From Azolla caroliniana (lineage: Eukaryota; Plantae; Polypodiophyta), in NCBI GenBank assembly GCA_043228905.1, contig JBHGNT010000002.1, positions 12,896,001 through 12,960,000 on the forward strand: 64,000 nucleotides of DNA, given 5' to 3'. Positions within the stretch are counted from its first letter, which is position 1, and the number at the start of each line of letters is the position of its first letter. Of this stretch, positions 1-12,390 are shown one piece after another. The position numbers and the translations under genes are program-made. A model generated the notes under the pieces. The model was not told the origin of the DNA. It made no database searches and was given only the letters and a program-made list of their open reading frames with translations.

Positions 1-240
1 CAGAAAACACCAACATATTCACACTCACAAAGTAACTACTAGTCTCACAAAACAATATCCTGAACATCAAAGAGTTTCAGTCATAGAACAACACTCTTCA
101 AATTATCTTGGAAAAACATCATAGAGTTCCATTACATAATGTGGATCAAGCAACAACCAATCTGAGGTTTTACTTGTCCAACAGGATAGTAAAACTTCAT
201 AAAACCCTAGCAAAATCCCTAAGCTAACAATCATATCCAA

Positions 241-3200
241 CTAAACAGTATTTCGCTCCACTACGTCTGGGCCCCTTGACCGAGTAACTGGTCTTGTTCC
301 CGATCGTGGCCCCTTCTTCAGCCTTTTTCTGGTTGGTTCCCCATTTAGCCTTGCTTCTAGGACCCAATGCGCAAGTGTGTCCTCCTCCGACAACCTTCCC
401 ATCGCCTCAGCAGCTAATTGCACATCAGCCGTTTCTTGAACTAGCTTTTCAAGTACAGAGGGATCTGTTTGGACATTTTCAGTAGTTGGGCTCGGTGGGG
501 TGGAATCAAGGTCTTGAGACTCGAAGAAATGTTGCATCAAGTGTTCATAAACACTGTTGTTGTGAACCTCAGTTTTACATGTTGTTTCCACTATTTCATG
601 GCATTTCACATCGTTGCCTAATTCAGTACACTGTTCCAAAAGAATAGGGTGCAGCTGATCTGAAGGAGATGTGATAGCAGGACTCTTACTTTCAGCCACA
701 TTGGCAGTAGTATCCTCATCTGTTGCAGCATCATCAGCACCAGACACATCATGTGCCGTCCTTAATCCACAAGATTCTACAATAACATGACAGTTATTTA
801 GGATAGCTAATTAGCTACTTTACTAAACTATGGTAGAAGCTAGGATAGCTAATTAGCTAGTACGATAGCTAATTAGCTAGTATGATAGCTAATTAGGTAC
901 TTTACTCAACTATGGTAGTAGTTAGGATAGCTAATTAGGTACTTTACTCAACTATGGTAGTAGTTAGGATAGCTTATTAGCTACTAGGACAGCTAATTAG
1001 CTGCCAGTAGCTAATTAGCTACTAGGATAGCTAATTAATTAGCTACCAGTAGCTAATTAGCTACTAGGATAGCTAATTAGCTGCCAGTAGCTAATTAGCT
1101 ACTAGGATAGCTTATTAGCTACTTTACACAACTATGGCAGTAGCTACTAGGATAGCTAATTCGCTAGTAGGATAGCTAATTAGTTTCCAGCAGCTAATTA
1201 GCTACTAGGATAGCTAATTAGCTAGTAGGATAGCTAATTAGGTACTTTACTCAACTATGGTAGTAGCTAATTAGCTAGTAGGATAGCTAATTAGCTACTT
1301 TACTCAACTATGGTAGTAGCTAATTAGCTACTAGGATAGCTTATTAGCTACTTTACACAACTATGGCAGTAGCTAATTAGTTACTAGGATAGCTAATTAG
1401 TTACTAGGATAGCTAATTAGCTACTATGGTAGCTAATTAGCTACTTTACTCAACTATGGTAGTAGCTAGGATAGCTAATTAGCTACTTTACTAACTATGG
1501 TAGTAGCTAGGATAGCTAATTAGCTACTTTATTAACTATGGTGGTAGCTAGGATAGCTAATTAGCTACAATGAAAGCTAATTAGCTACTTTCTCAACTAT
1601 GTAGTAGCTAGGATAGCTTATTAGCTACTAGGACAGCTAATTAGCTGCCAGTAGCTAATTAGCTACTTTACACAACTATGTCAGTAGCTAATTAGCTACT
1701 ATGATAGCTAATTAGCTAGTAGGATAGCTAATTAGCTAGTAGGATAGCTAATTAGTTGTCAGTAGCTAATTAGCTAGTAGGATAGCTAATTAGCTTTTTT
1801 ACACAACTATGGTACTAGCTAATTAGCTAGTACCATAGCTAACTAGCTACTAGGATAACTTATTAGCTACTTTACACAACTATGTCAGTAGCTAATTAGC
1901 TACTATGATAGCTAATTAGCTAGTAGGATAGCTAATTAGTTGCCAGTAGCTAATTAGCTAGTAGGATAGCTAATTAGCTATTTTACACAACTATGGTACT
2001 AGCTAATTAGCTAGTACCATAGCTAACTAGCTACTAGGATAGCTTATTAGCTACTTTACACAACTATGTCAGTAGCTAATTAGCTACTATGATAGCTAAT
2101 TAGCTAGTAGGATAGCTAATTAGCTAGTAGGATAGCTAATTAGTTGCCAGTAGCTAATTAGCTAGTAGGATAGCTAATTAGCTTTTTTACACAACTATGG
2201 TACTAGCTAATTAGCTAGTACCATAGCTAACTAGCTACAAGGATAGCTTATTAGCTACTTTACACAACTATGGCAGTAGCTAATTAGTTACTAGGATAGC
2301 TAATTAGTTGCCAATGGCTAATTTAGCTAGTAGGATAGCTATTTAGCTTTTTTACACAACTATGGTACTAGCTAATTAGCTAGTACCATAGCTAATTAGC
2401 TACTAGGACAGCTAATTAGCTAGTAGCTCATTAGCTGCCAGTAGCTAATTAGCTAGTAGGATAGCTAATTAGAAAAGACTAAGCTTATTAGCTACAGTAT
2501 GGTATACCTGTTTGTTTTCTCCACTCATTTGGTAGAGTTGTACTGCAATCTCCCAAACAGAATGCAACAATTCGACAGGCATGTTGAAAACAAAGCAGAT
2601 GGTATGTGTGGTTGCATGGTTGTAGGTGAACCAACAAAGACGCAGTTTTGTCCTCCACACCTAACCCGCAAGCGATGCAACGTGCTTGAACTGTCAATAA
2701 ATCATTTTCTGGTTCTACTTCATTTGGTAAGGGAGCAAGAATGTTCAGGTCCAAATCCTGTCTGGTCCTTACCATTTCCTCCACAAAATGTAGCTTCTTC
2801 TTAAGGCAGCTAACTACCTGTTCTTGATGAATGTATTGTTCCTTCAACGCAACAGAGAAATTTACCGATTAATTATTCTTGTTGTTGAAAGATACACCAA
2901 CTTTGCTCAGGAATCGTTAACTTACTTGAAGCTTATCCAAATTGTAATCTGCAACAGTATTTACACCTAGAAGGTCCAGGTTCATTGAAAGAACCTGGAT
3001 CTCTATTTGCAGTTCTATTTTACGCTGGGGATCCAGTGGCCCCTCTAATTCAAGCTCCTGTTGCGCAACCTATTCCAGATAATGCTTGATTAGCACATTT
3101 TACCCGTTATTTATAACACAATCACATACCAGCAAAACAATAGTTACCTGAATCTTATTTCTAATTGTTGTAACAGCAGAAGTAACTTTGCTCTCCATTG

Positions 3201-4362
3201 CAGAAGCCATTGTGGCTTTCTCTAAATCAGTCTTAAAAAATGCCAATGTCTCACAGGCTTCATGGACATTTTTTAGCATATAGCTAACCAATGTCTCACC
3301 TGTATCATCGACATTGGCTTTCCTTGGGTGTCGGTGTGGTGTATGCCCCCGGTCTTGTTGGGAGTCGGCAGTTGCATCAACAGCTGCCATGCTCCAAAAT
3401 CTGTCTATTTTTTGTGCCAAGGTCCCCATCTTTCGGCATCTTTTTACCGATGCCTCACCATAGACTGCCCAAGCTACCCTATACATTTCAGGGTCTCTAG
3501 ATTCCTTCGCTGTTTTGCAGTACTCATATGCAAATGCTCTAGCAAATGAAACTGACAACTCATTGTTGACTGGGATCTCCTGATGAACTTTCTGGTGCAG
3601 TCTCATGTAGTCATCGTACAAGTCGGCTCGTACATGCTTCAGCTTGACCTTGCCTTTGACTCTAGGCACTGTATATACTGTCATCCAGTCTATATCACTG
3701 ATCAATTTATCACTTAGGACAGCAGGGTCAACACCCTCGAGTGACAGACCATAGGTGTTGTGGAAGTCCTCCTTTGTCTCGCAAAATTTTGCGAAGTTTA
3801 GCACTCTCGTATACGGAGGAACGAGCCATCTGAAATATCATTTCAGAAATCAGAAATAGTGCAAAATCAGAATATGTGAGAATCAAAAACCCCAATCAAC
3901 AACAACAAAAATGGTGCAAAATCTTTAACTTAACCTAATCAAAATCTGTAATCAGAAGTTTGAAATCAGAAACCCTAATCAAAATCTGTAATCAGAAGTT
4001 TGTAACCAGAAACCTTATTCAGAAATTCTAATCAGAAATTTATAATCAAAAACCCTAATCAGAAATTTCAATCAGAAACCCTAATAAAAAATTTCAATCA
4101 CAAACCCTAATCAGAAATACTAAGCAGAAATTTATAAACAAAAACCCTATTCAGAAATTCTAATTTGTAATCAAAATTTGTAACCAGAAACCCTATTCAA
4201 AAATTCTAATCAGAAATTTATAATCAAAAACCCTAATCAGAAATTTCAATCACAAACCCTAATCAGAAATTTCAATCACAAACCCTAATCACTAAAGACA
4301 GGATTAAACACAAAAAAAGTAATATAAACACACCTGTTGCTACTCCCCGATTTGCGAGACAT
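241..4362 (-). CDS. Spliced T1 accessory gene, 574 aa: unknown N-terminal domain, coiled coil, RING-H2-like finger, acidic tail, basic C-terminus. Exons 4362-4334, 3829-3148, 3069-2926, 2841-2508, 776-241
   Basis: All four introns are GT-AG, and phases 2,0,0,1 join ORFs 3100..3804, 2488..2847 and 241..747 plus an unlisted 48-codon exon (VAQQELELEG...LDKLQ) into one stop-free frame (MSRKSGSSNR|WLVPPY...). RING pattern CIAC-x17-CNHTYHLLC-x10-CLGDC. The start codon and the exon 4 acceptor are less certain. Confidence 0.8.
795..2495. repeat. Intronic satellite of the palindrome (T)AGCTAATTAGCT(A) with TAGGA / CTTTACACAACTATGG linkers
   Basis: Dozens of copies fill intron 777-2507 of the RING gene. 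The same motif recurs at 4771-4810 beside the T1 terminus. Confidence 0.95.
3840..4292. repeat. Intronic tandem repeat built from AAACCCTAATCAGAAAT(T)-like units (telobox-like)
   Basis: Repeated AAACCCTAAT and AATCAGAAA 11-mers fill intron 3830-4333. Confidence 0.85.
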
Positions 4363-6240
4363 CCTTGTATGGGACTCCAAGGACTTCGCCCTATTCGATT
4401 TTGGGGAAATATGAATCGGCACCAAAGTTCAGACAGTAGTCAAAATGAAAAAACAAATGTTTGGGGTTTCTGTAACTGAAACATACCTGGACGATGATCG
4501 AGCGGGTTCTGTGTTGTAGCTCTCAATCTGCAATGTCGATTTTTTGTTGTTGCGGGAGCTACGTCTGCGTTCGTGCTCTGAGTACTCCATCTGCGTTCAA
4601 AATCAGACTTAGGCTAAACAGGAAATTGATGACATTGAAGTCGACCTTAGATGATGGTGATATTCCCCAAGTTCCACTACGTCTGAAACAGAAGTTCAAA
4701 TATTTGAGTTTTTTCATAAATTAGTTTTTCAAATATTTGATTTTCCCACAAGAAAGACTAGCTAAACAAATAGCTAATTAGCTATGGCCATTTTAGTAGC
4801 TAATTAGCTATAATAGTGTTTCCACTCGCATGCTTTTACCCCTCTCCCAGATCCAGTGGTACCTCTGCTGGATATGTTTCATCCAGGAATGGTAGGCCGT
4901 GTTCTTTGCAAGGTGGATGGCACTTTGACTATCGCAGTAGAGCTGGTATTCCTCTTGTTAGATTCCTAGCTCTCCGATAAAGTCCTTCATCCAGATTATC
5001 TCCTTGCCAGCTTCTACAACTACCATGTACTCCGCCTCGATCGGTTCTATAGTTCCGGTGTCTTCTTCTTTATCATCTTTGGTCGGTACGGTTTCTTGTC
5101 TGTATCTAGCCGGTTCGTTCAGTGTCATCCGATTACCAGCTAACATCCGGTTTTCAACCGGGTATGTCCTTGTGTCCTCAAGCTGGTTTTCATTGGGTGA
5201 TCCAGAGTTCATCACCTTCTTCTCTGACTCCTAGTCGACAATGGTCCTATCTTCCATGAAGACTATGTCCCGACTCCGAAACACCTTCTTGTCGACCAGA
5301 TCCCACACCCGGTAACTGAACTTATCATTGCCGTATCCAAGGAATATGCATGGTCGGGACATCAGATCCAACTTTGCTCTCTTGGCCTTCACCACATGCA
5401 CATATGCGAGACACCCGAACACCTTTAGTACATCTTTACCAGTCCATACTTCCGGAGGTGAATCTCCTCCCAAGGGTACTGAAAGGTGATCTATTTATCA
5501 AGTAGGTTGTTGTCATCAGCGCCTCAGCCCAAAACATTGTCGTGCCTTTCAACGCCGGATCGTTGGTGTGAGTCGGGTGGGAACCGCTGGGGTTTTGGAC
5601 TAGGAGAAAGAAGAATATGAGATAATGTTCATTAGCAAGAGATTGCAAGAAGAAGATATGAAACTCGTGAATCCCACGAGTATAGTGTATTAATTGATAC
5701 TTAGATTGTAAGCGAGAAATAGATGGCAAAATCGTGAATCCCACGATTATTTTATATTATTCAAACCTTATAAAAATCAACCCCCAAATACATCTTTCTC
5801 TCCTTCTTATATAAGGATGGGAGAGACTAAGCATAGCTTCCTACTTTTCCTAAAGTGTTCATGCACACTAAATGTGCACGAGTTCTCTTTTCCACTATAC
5901 TTCTATTTCCTACATATAGTGCTCATGCACGCTAGATGTGCACGAGTAATTTTTTTTATTGGTTTATAAAGTATTCACGCACTCTAAAAAATGCATTGTT
6001 TACCTTTTAATAAGAGTAGGCATAAATAAAGGTCTTATATGTGTTAAATCTATATCTAGAATTGTTAGGATAAGTTAGTACAATGGTAAGGTTGGGGTTT
6101 GTCTACGTGGAGGTACAGGGTTTGAATCTTGCCTTATGCACATAATAAATATTTTCTTCTATTTTACAAATTTATCTCTTTACCTAGTGAGAGACTCTCA
6201 CCGGCCTTCTTTGTTCGTCTTCATCCATAGCACTTTCCAA

Positions 6241-9200
6241 TTACTCCCTTATATCAACTATCAATTGTAGGCCACTTTCTTCACTTTTTGCATCATCACG
6301 AGCTTTGTTTGATTTCTCCTCGTTGTCGGTCTTGTCTAAGCCTACATAAGGTTCACCGTCAGTCCGCTTCTTAAAAATCTTCACCCGTTTCCCCACAATA
6401 GGCACCCGTAGTATTGTTCCATCCAACTCGCTTAGTCGGTAAGTTCCGTTGTCGAAAACTTTCCGAACCTCGTATGGCCCGAACCACCTTTCTGCGAACT
6501 TCTGTATCGTTGTATGTTGATGATCTAGACTACTGTCATAGACAATCACCCAATCTCCTTCTTCAATCTTCCGCGGTCGTAGTCGATGCTTTGTGTCGAA
6601 TCGGCTTTTGTTCCGGAATCGCGCTTCCTGTTGTCGGCATGTTGCTTCCGCTATGTCTTCCGGTATTCCCTGCAGTTGCCGTATCCGGACCGTTAGTAGT
6701 TCTTCCCGGCTCATCTCTTCCTTCCACGGCAACCTTGTCCATGTCGCATAGTGCATCTGCCCATAGTGCACACGGGAGCATCTGCAGCCAATCCTTCACC
6801 CTTCCGTCGCATGCTTTTGCAAGTGCTTTAACGATTGGACTATGTCCTCGTTCGATCTTCTCGTTGGCTTCCGGATTGTATGCCAATGTTAGTGTTAACC
6901 GAACTCCATATTTGGTGAAGAATTCCCTAGCTTTATCAGAGTCGAGTTCTCCCCGATCCGCAATCACTTGTGCTACTCACCCATACCTGCAAAACACCTC
7001 CTCCAAAAGAAATTGGCATACCGCAGAACACGTTTTCCTTCGTAGTGCCCGACCTTCTACTTAGTTTGTGAGATCTTCTCGAGCTAACACCAAGTACTTC
7101 TTTTGTCCGATCCCGGTTGGCATGGATACAATGTCAACCATCCATTTGAAGTTGATTGTCGGTGAGAATGTTGGATGTAACTCATCTCGTTGTCGAACTC
7201 CGGAGTAGAGTTGACACTTCTCGCAACTTTCCGTGAACTCCGCTATATCTTTGTACATATTCTTCCACCAATATTTTTGTTTGATTTTCACAAAATTTGC
7301 CCATGTCCCTCGATGTCCAGCCCAATTGGATTCCTGAAACTCGGACATTATCCGGTTTTGTTGCTCTTTCGTCCCGACTACCTGAAGTGGTATGCCATCT
7401 GGTCTTTTCGGCTCCCTCCATATTAATCCATTTTTCAAGAAGAACATTTGAACTTGCCGCTTCTTACTTCGGATCTCGGATCTCTTCTCTTTATTGTCCG
7501 ATGACTCCTTAATTTCTTGTAGCACTTTCCCGATCAAAAAGCTTTCTCCCTCGTATTCTTCTTCCCAGAATTCTCAGACTCCGTTCACCCGGCATATGTG
7601 CTCTGAAGCAAAGTAGTCTTCAGAAACTTCTTCATTATCAGATTTGGTTATGTCGTCTTCAAACCGTGCCCTTGATAGCATATCTGTCACCGCGTTGTCT
7701 TTTCCGGAGATGCGTCGTACCTCCGGATTAAGTGACTTAACATATGCAATCCACCTTAGCATAGCCACATCCGGTATCGTGCAACACCGCATCATCTTGA
7801 GTATCGGAAGACAATCCGTTTCGATCACTACTTCGGCTCCGATCAAATAATCTCGATTCGATTTGATTGCCGACACGACTCCCCATAATTCTCTTTTGAC
7901 TTGTGCATATCCGTGTTGCCTTTCGTTGAGAACCTTTGCTCCGAATCGGATCGGATATCGCAAACCATCCGAGTCGGCTTGACTGATGACCCATCTGATC
8001 CCGGTTGGACTTGTATCAACCGTTACTATGATTGGTCGCTCATAGCTCGACTTCTTAAGTGCTTCAGCCCTCCGTAGTGTTTTCTTGAGCTTCTTCATGG
8101 CTTTGGTGTGTGCCGGTTTCCACTCGAACTTCTTCCCCTTCCACAATAAGTGATAGAGTGGGTCCGCAATATGTGCATAGTGCGGAATCCATATGTGATA
8201 AAATGCACAAGCTCCAAGAAACCTTCGGACATCGGATTGTGACTCGCATACTTCTTTCATAGCTTGAATCGCATCGATCTTGGTTGGTGACGGTCTTCGG
8301 CCGTAGGGCCCACATAGATGTCCGACTACCAATATTTCTTCTTGTCCGAATGCCGATTTCTCACCGGAAAGTGTTAGGTGCACATCTTCTAACTTTCGAA
8401 GCACTTTCTCGCAATCACGAATATGATCGACTACGAACTTTCGGCATCCCCGATCATCCATAGTTTCATTTTTCTCTTCTACCGCGCATCCTTTCATCGG
8501 AATGTCATCTAGGAACGGCATCGTTATCTCCGGAATGCAATCTCGAAGCACCTTGTTCATCGTGTTCATCATATGTGCAACCAAGTTTGTCGCTCCTTGC
8601 GGTAGTGTGCACATTCGGACTAATCCTATCGGTGTCTGCATGGTAGTGATTTTTCGACTCTCCACGGCTAGTTGGAATTGGTCATATCACGAGTATAGGT
8701 CTCTGATGGAGTATATCGCATGGCCGGCAAATGCTTCCACAAATTTGTCCACTATCGGACCAACTCCGGAGTTCCGGATCGTGACCTTGTTCACCGGTTG
8801 CAAGCCTTGGATAAATCGGAGTGACCCATTCTTCTTCGGAACCATAAACCATCGATTTGAGTACAGACCGTTTGATGGCTATAGAATCCCCATCGCCACC
8901 TTCTCCTTGAGCAAGTCGATGATTTTGGGAATATGCGCCCGCGGCACCGGAATCGGCTTCAGGTTCCATGACACATGGTCAATCGTGATCACCATCGGTT
9001 CCACTATCTTCGGATGAACGCACCCTATCTCCTTCGATGTGAATGCAAATGCTTTCCCATGTTGTTCCAACATCCCACGGAATCGTTCTTTTTCATTTTG
9101 TAAAAGGAAACCACCTCCACCGATCCAAAGTTTCTTCCGGGTCTCATCCGTGAAGGCATGTCCTATATCCACGGACTTCCGAAGTGTCGGATCTCCCGAG

Positions 9201-12200
9201 ACTTCTTTCCTCTTTTGCACGCTATCGGTGGGTAACGGTCCCGCGGCCGGTTTCACTTTCTTCTCCATGGTCTTGTATTTCGTACTTACCATTGCTTCTT
9301 CTTTGCGGAGCGCATCCGGCCCCATTTTCGCAATGATCTCGTACATCTCGACCGATTCCACTAGGACTACCCGGTCTCCTTGGCTTTTATCCTCCACAAG
9401 CTCTTCAAGCCGTTGTAGCGTGTTGCCATAGAACACTTCTTCGACTACCCCCACGATTTCTTTGTCTTCTTTTATTATTTATGCCGACCGGAACTTATCC
9501 TCTACCTTTCAGTACTCTTTCTTCTTTCCTTCGGTTACGGCCATGTACGTAGATGCCTGATTCGTACTTGTTTTGCTCCGAGAGTTTTCTTCTTGTGTGG
9601 GGTATCAGGGCTTCTCAGACTATCACTTCCCCACTCCGCAACAATCCGCTCTAAAAATCTATCCTTGTTTGGGACAAGAGCTCTTTCTTGTTCCTTTCAT
9701 GATTGCCGGCACAGTTAAGAATTGGACGGATTTCACTCCACTTTGGCTTCGAATTCGTGCGAAAGCCGCACCACTATCGAGCACCTTTGTCTCCATCCAT
9801 GAAGCCGTGATAAAGGGTTGCCCAAGGATCACGGAATGTGAGAACTCGTCTTGTACGAAGAAATTTTGGTCGATCTCGACATCCCCGATCTTCACTGTCA
9901 CATCCGGACAGGCTGCAAATAGATCTTCCGTTGCTTTAGTGGTTGCACGGATCTTCCATCCATGGTTAGTGTTTTTATAGGCCACTTCCCCTTCCGGTAG
10001 AACTCCTTGGACATCAAATTGATCTCCAATCCGTGACCAATCAATGCTAGCACGGGCTCTTTGATGTTGCCGATTCAGACCTGAGTCTCCATAGTTGCAC
10101 GTGCCCAGTGTGGCCTTGTGTAGTTGGAGTTCAGAATTTCGTCCTCCACTTCGGTGTCATTCATTAAAACGGTATTTGCATTCACCCTTGGAGCATTTTC
10201 CTGCGTACTTTGTCTTTTTCTCTTCACGAGATCCACAAGAAAATCGTGGAACTCCTTCGCTATTCCAAGTAATTCCCGGCGCGAAAATTCTACCCAGCTA
10301 TCGAGGATTCTCTCTTAGAACACCTTTTTCAAGTCCGTTTGTTGTTCTATGTCCGAGGCGAGGTTGAATGCTGGAATCGTCTTTTCTTTTCCCTTCCCTC
10401 TGGAGTTCCAGCTTTCCGGTGTCTTTGATGGTCCGACCGCATCATCCGTGCGCCGTCGTTTTCCACCCAAATACACTTCATGCAATTGACATAGCGCATG
10501 TACACTATTCTTATCTACAAGGCACTCCCATCCCATAGCTTCCTGGATACATTCCGCGGCACTTTGGATTTCATCATGGTCGGCTTTCTTCAAAATTTCT
10601 TACACTTCCAGCCAAAAAGACGCCTTTGCTGTATGTAGATGACTTCCCCCACATAAATTTTTTTCGCCGCGATCTTCTCCTCTAGGACCTTCTTCATGCC
10701 GCCTTTTCGGAAGTTTGGTTGGAGTGGCTTCCGAAAATCCATCGAATGAATCTGATTTCCCTCGTAGCAGATAAGATCCCGTCGTAACGCCTCCTTGTGC
10801 TCGTCGCAATCTCTCTGATCGTGTTCGGTGCTATCGCACCATATGCATCGACGGTCCATGTACTTGGAACTTGTGGGATGGTCTTCCGTTGTCGTAGTGT
10901 ATTCCACACACTACGTGAAAACCATAAAATAATATATCCGATTTTAGATACATATAAATAAATAAATAATATATCAAAAGAATTTCTCACGTGCATAGGG
11001 CAAGATTCAAACCATGCACCTCCACGTAGATAAACCCCAACTTTACCATTGTAATAACTTATCTTTAGTGTTATAAATATAGATTTAATACGTATAAGAA
11101 CTTTATTTACACATACCTTTATTAAAAGGTAAAAATCATGTATTCTTTAGAGTGTGAATATTTTATTTACACGTGACATTAAAAGTAACTCATGCACATC
11201 TAGCGTGCATGAGCCCTATATTTAGGAAATGACAAAGCATCACATGCACATTTAGTGTGCATGGACACTTTAGGTGAAAAAGCATGAAGCCACGCTTAGC
11301 CTCTTCCATCTTTATATAAGGAGGAGAGAAATATGTATAAGGTTGTTGATTAATATAGAAGAATTGATCAATCTAATATATTCGTGGGATTCACGAATTT
11401 TGCCATCAAAATTACTCTTAGAATCTAAATATTGTTTTAAAATACACTAAACTCGTGGGATTCACGAGATTACTATCTTACTTCTCTTCCTATTACTCAT
11501 AACTAGCCTTAAGTTGTATTCCTCTTCCTCCTAGTCCAAAACCTCGGCGGTTCCCACCCGACTCACGCAACGATCCGGAGCCGAAGGGCTCGACACCGTC
11601 TTCTTCACCATCACGATTTTCAGATTCTCCATCTCCTTCAGCAATTGCTCCACTGTGGTTGTGTCGATTCCCTTCTCGGTCGTAGTCTCCCGAGCCCGCG
11701 GTTGATGGTCTTCCAATCTGGATCTCGGTTTCGGAATCAGTTCCAAAACCCTCTTTTCTTTGTTAGCAAACCATTGCCCCCTCTTTGTATATCGTGCGAC
11801 GATATCTCGCACGTTATCCCATGTATCGGTGAGGCCACTCTCGGTGGTCATGTCCTCCAGAAGCACTCCAAGATCTTTCCAGTCCCGGACGTCCACGGCT
11901 TGTAGGAACATGATCACTTTGTCCGGTGCAAGGATAGCTTGATCTCTCACGGACAGCCTCCCGAACCGACTTTCAAATGCCGAAAACACATCGAGGACCT
12001 TCATCCCCTTATACGGCGTTTCCACCCAATCTTCGAATCCTCGACTTATTGCCTTGGAAGAGTCCTCGATGGCGAACATGGTCTTTAGGGCCTCTTCAAA
12101 TGCTTCCCATCTCGGATTCTGTTGTCGTATCCCAGGGATACTCCCTTGAAGCCCGTCTGTAGCCACTTGTTTGAAGGATGTCACCTACAATCCTTCCGAT

Positions 12201-12377
12201 ATTCCAGACCGTAGCATTTCCGCCTTGTAATCCCACAAATATCGCAACACATCTTTCCCGTTGCACGAGCCGCTCAACTGCCACTGCAATCTCCGACATC
12301 GAGCATTGTTCTTGTAACATCCGCTCGAACATCACCATCATATTGTTAGTCTCCATCTCCTTGCCACCCGTTTTCAC
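6241..12377 (-). pseudogene. Fragmented gag-pol of gypsy D
   Basis: ORF fragments 11531..12184 (gag), 10590..10907 (knuckle), 9659..9985 (protease C-terminus), 8879..9454 and 7574..8665 (RT/RH), 7061..7537, 6563..6967 and 6241..6771 (integrase), separated by stops and frameshifts. Confidence 0.9.
10890..11595 (+). mobile_element. Solo LTR of a D-related family, inserted antisense in D gag
   Basis: TGTCGTAG...CTCGACA termini; perfect 4-bp TSD CCGT (10886-10889 and 11596-11599); reverse-complement similarity to the D LTRs. Confidence 0.9.
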
Positions 12378-12390
12378 GTCGGGTTCACCA
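12374..12390 (-). other. Primer-binding site of D, complementary to the 3' end of tRNA-Trp
   Basis: Minus strand TGGTGAACCCGACGTGA, 4 nt inside the 5' LTR. It is the complement of the recalled plant tRNA-Trp end ...UCACGUCGGGUUCACCA. Confidence 0.8.

Larger units (their letters stand above)
1..4841. mobile_element. T1: right part of a large TIR DNA transposon, probably Sola2-like; left end is off-window
   Basis: The copia A RNase H frame (HIQQRYHWIWER) breaks at 4842. The terminus read inward is GGGTAAAAGCATG, matching the T2 ends GGGTTAAAGCAC and GGGTGAAAGCAAG. Subterminal TGGCCA at 4785-4790, as in T2. No transposase in the visible part, so the superfamily is inferred from T2. Confidence 0.7.

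Noticed and set aside
3840-4292. True or interstitial telomere
   Set aside because: The AAACCCT units are not contiguous heptamer repeats; they are embedded in a longer unit confined to an intron.
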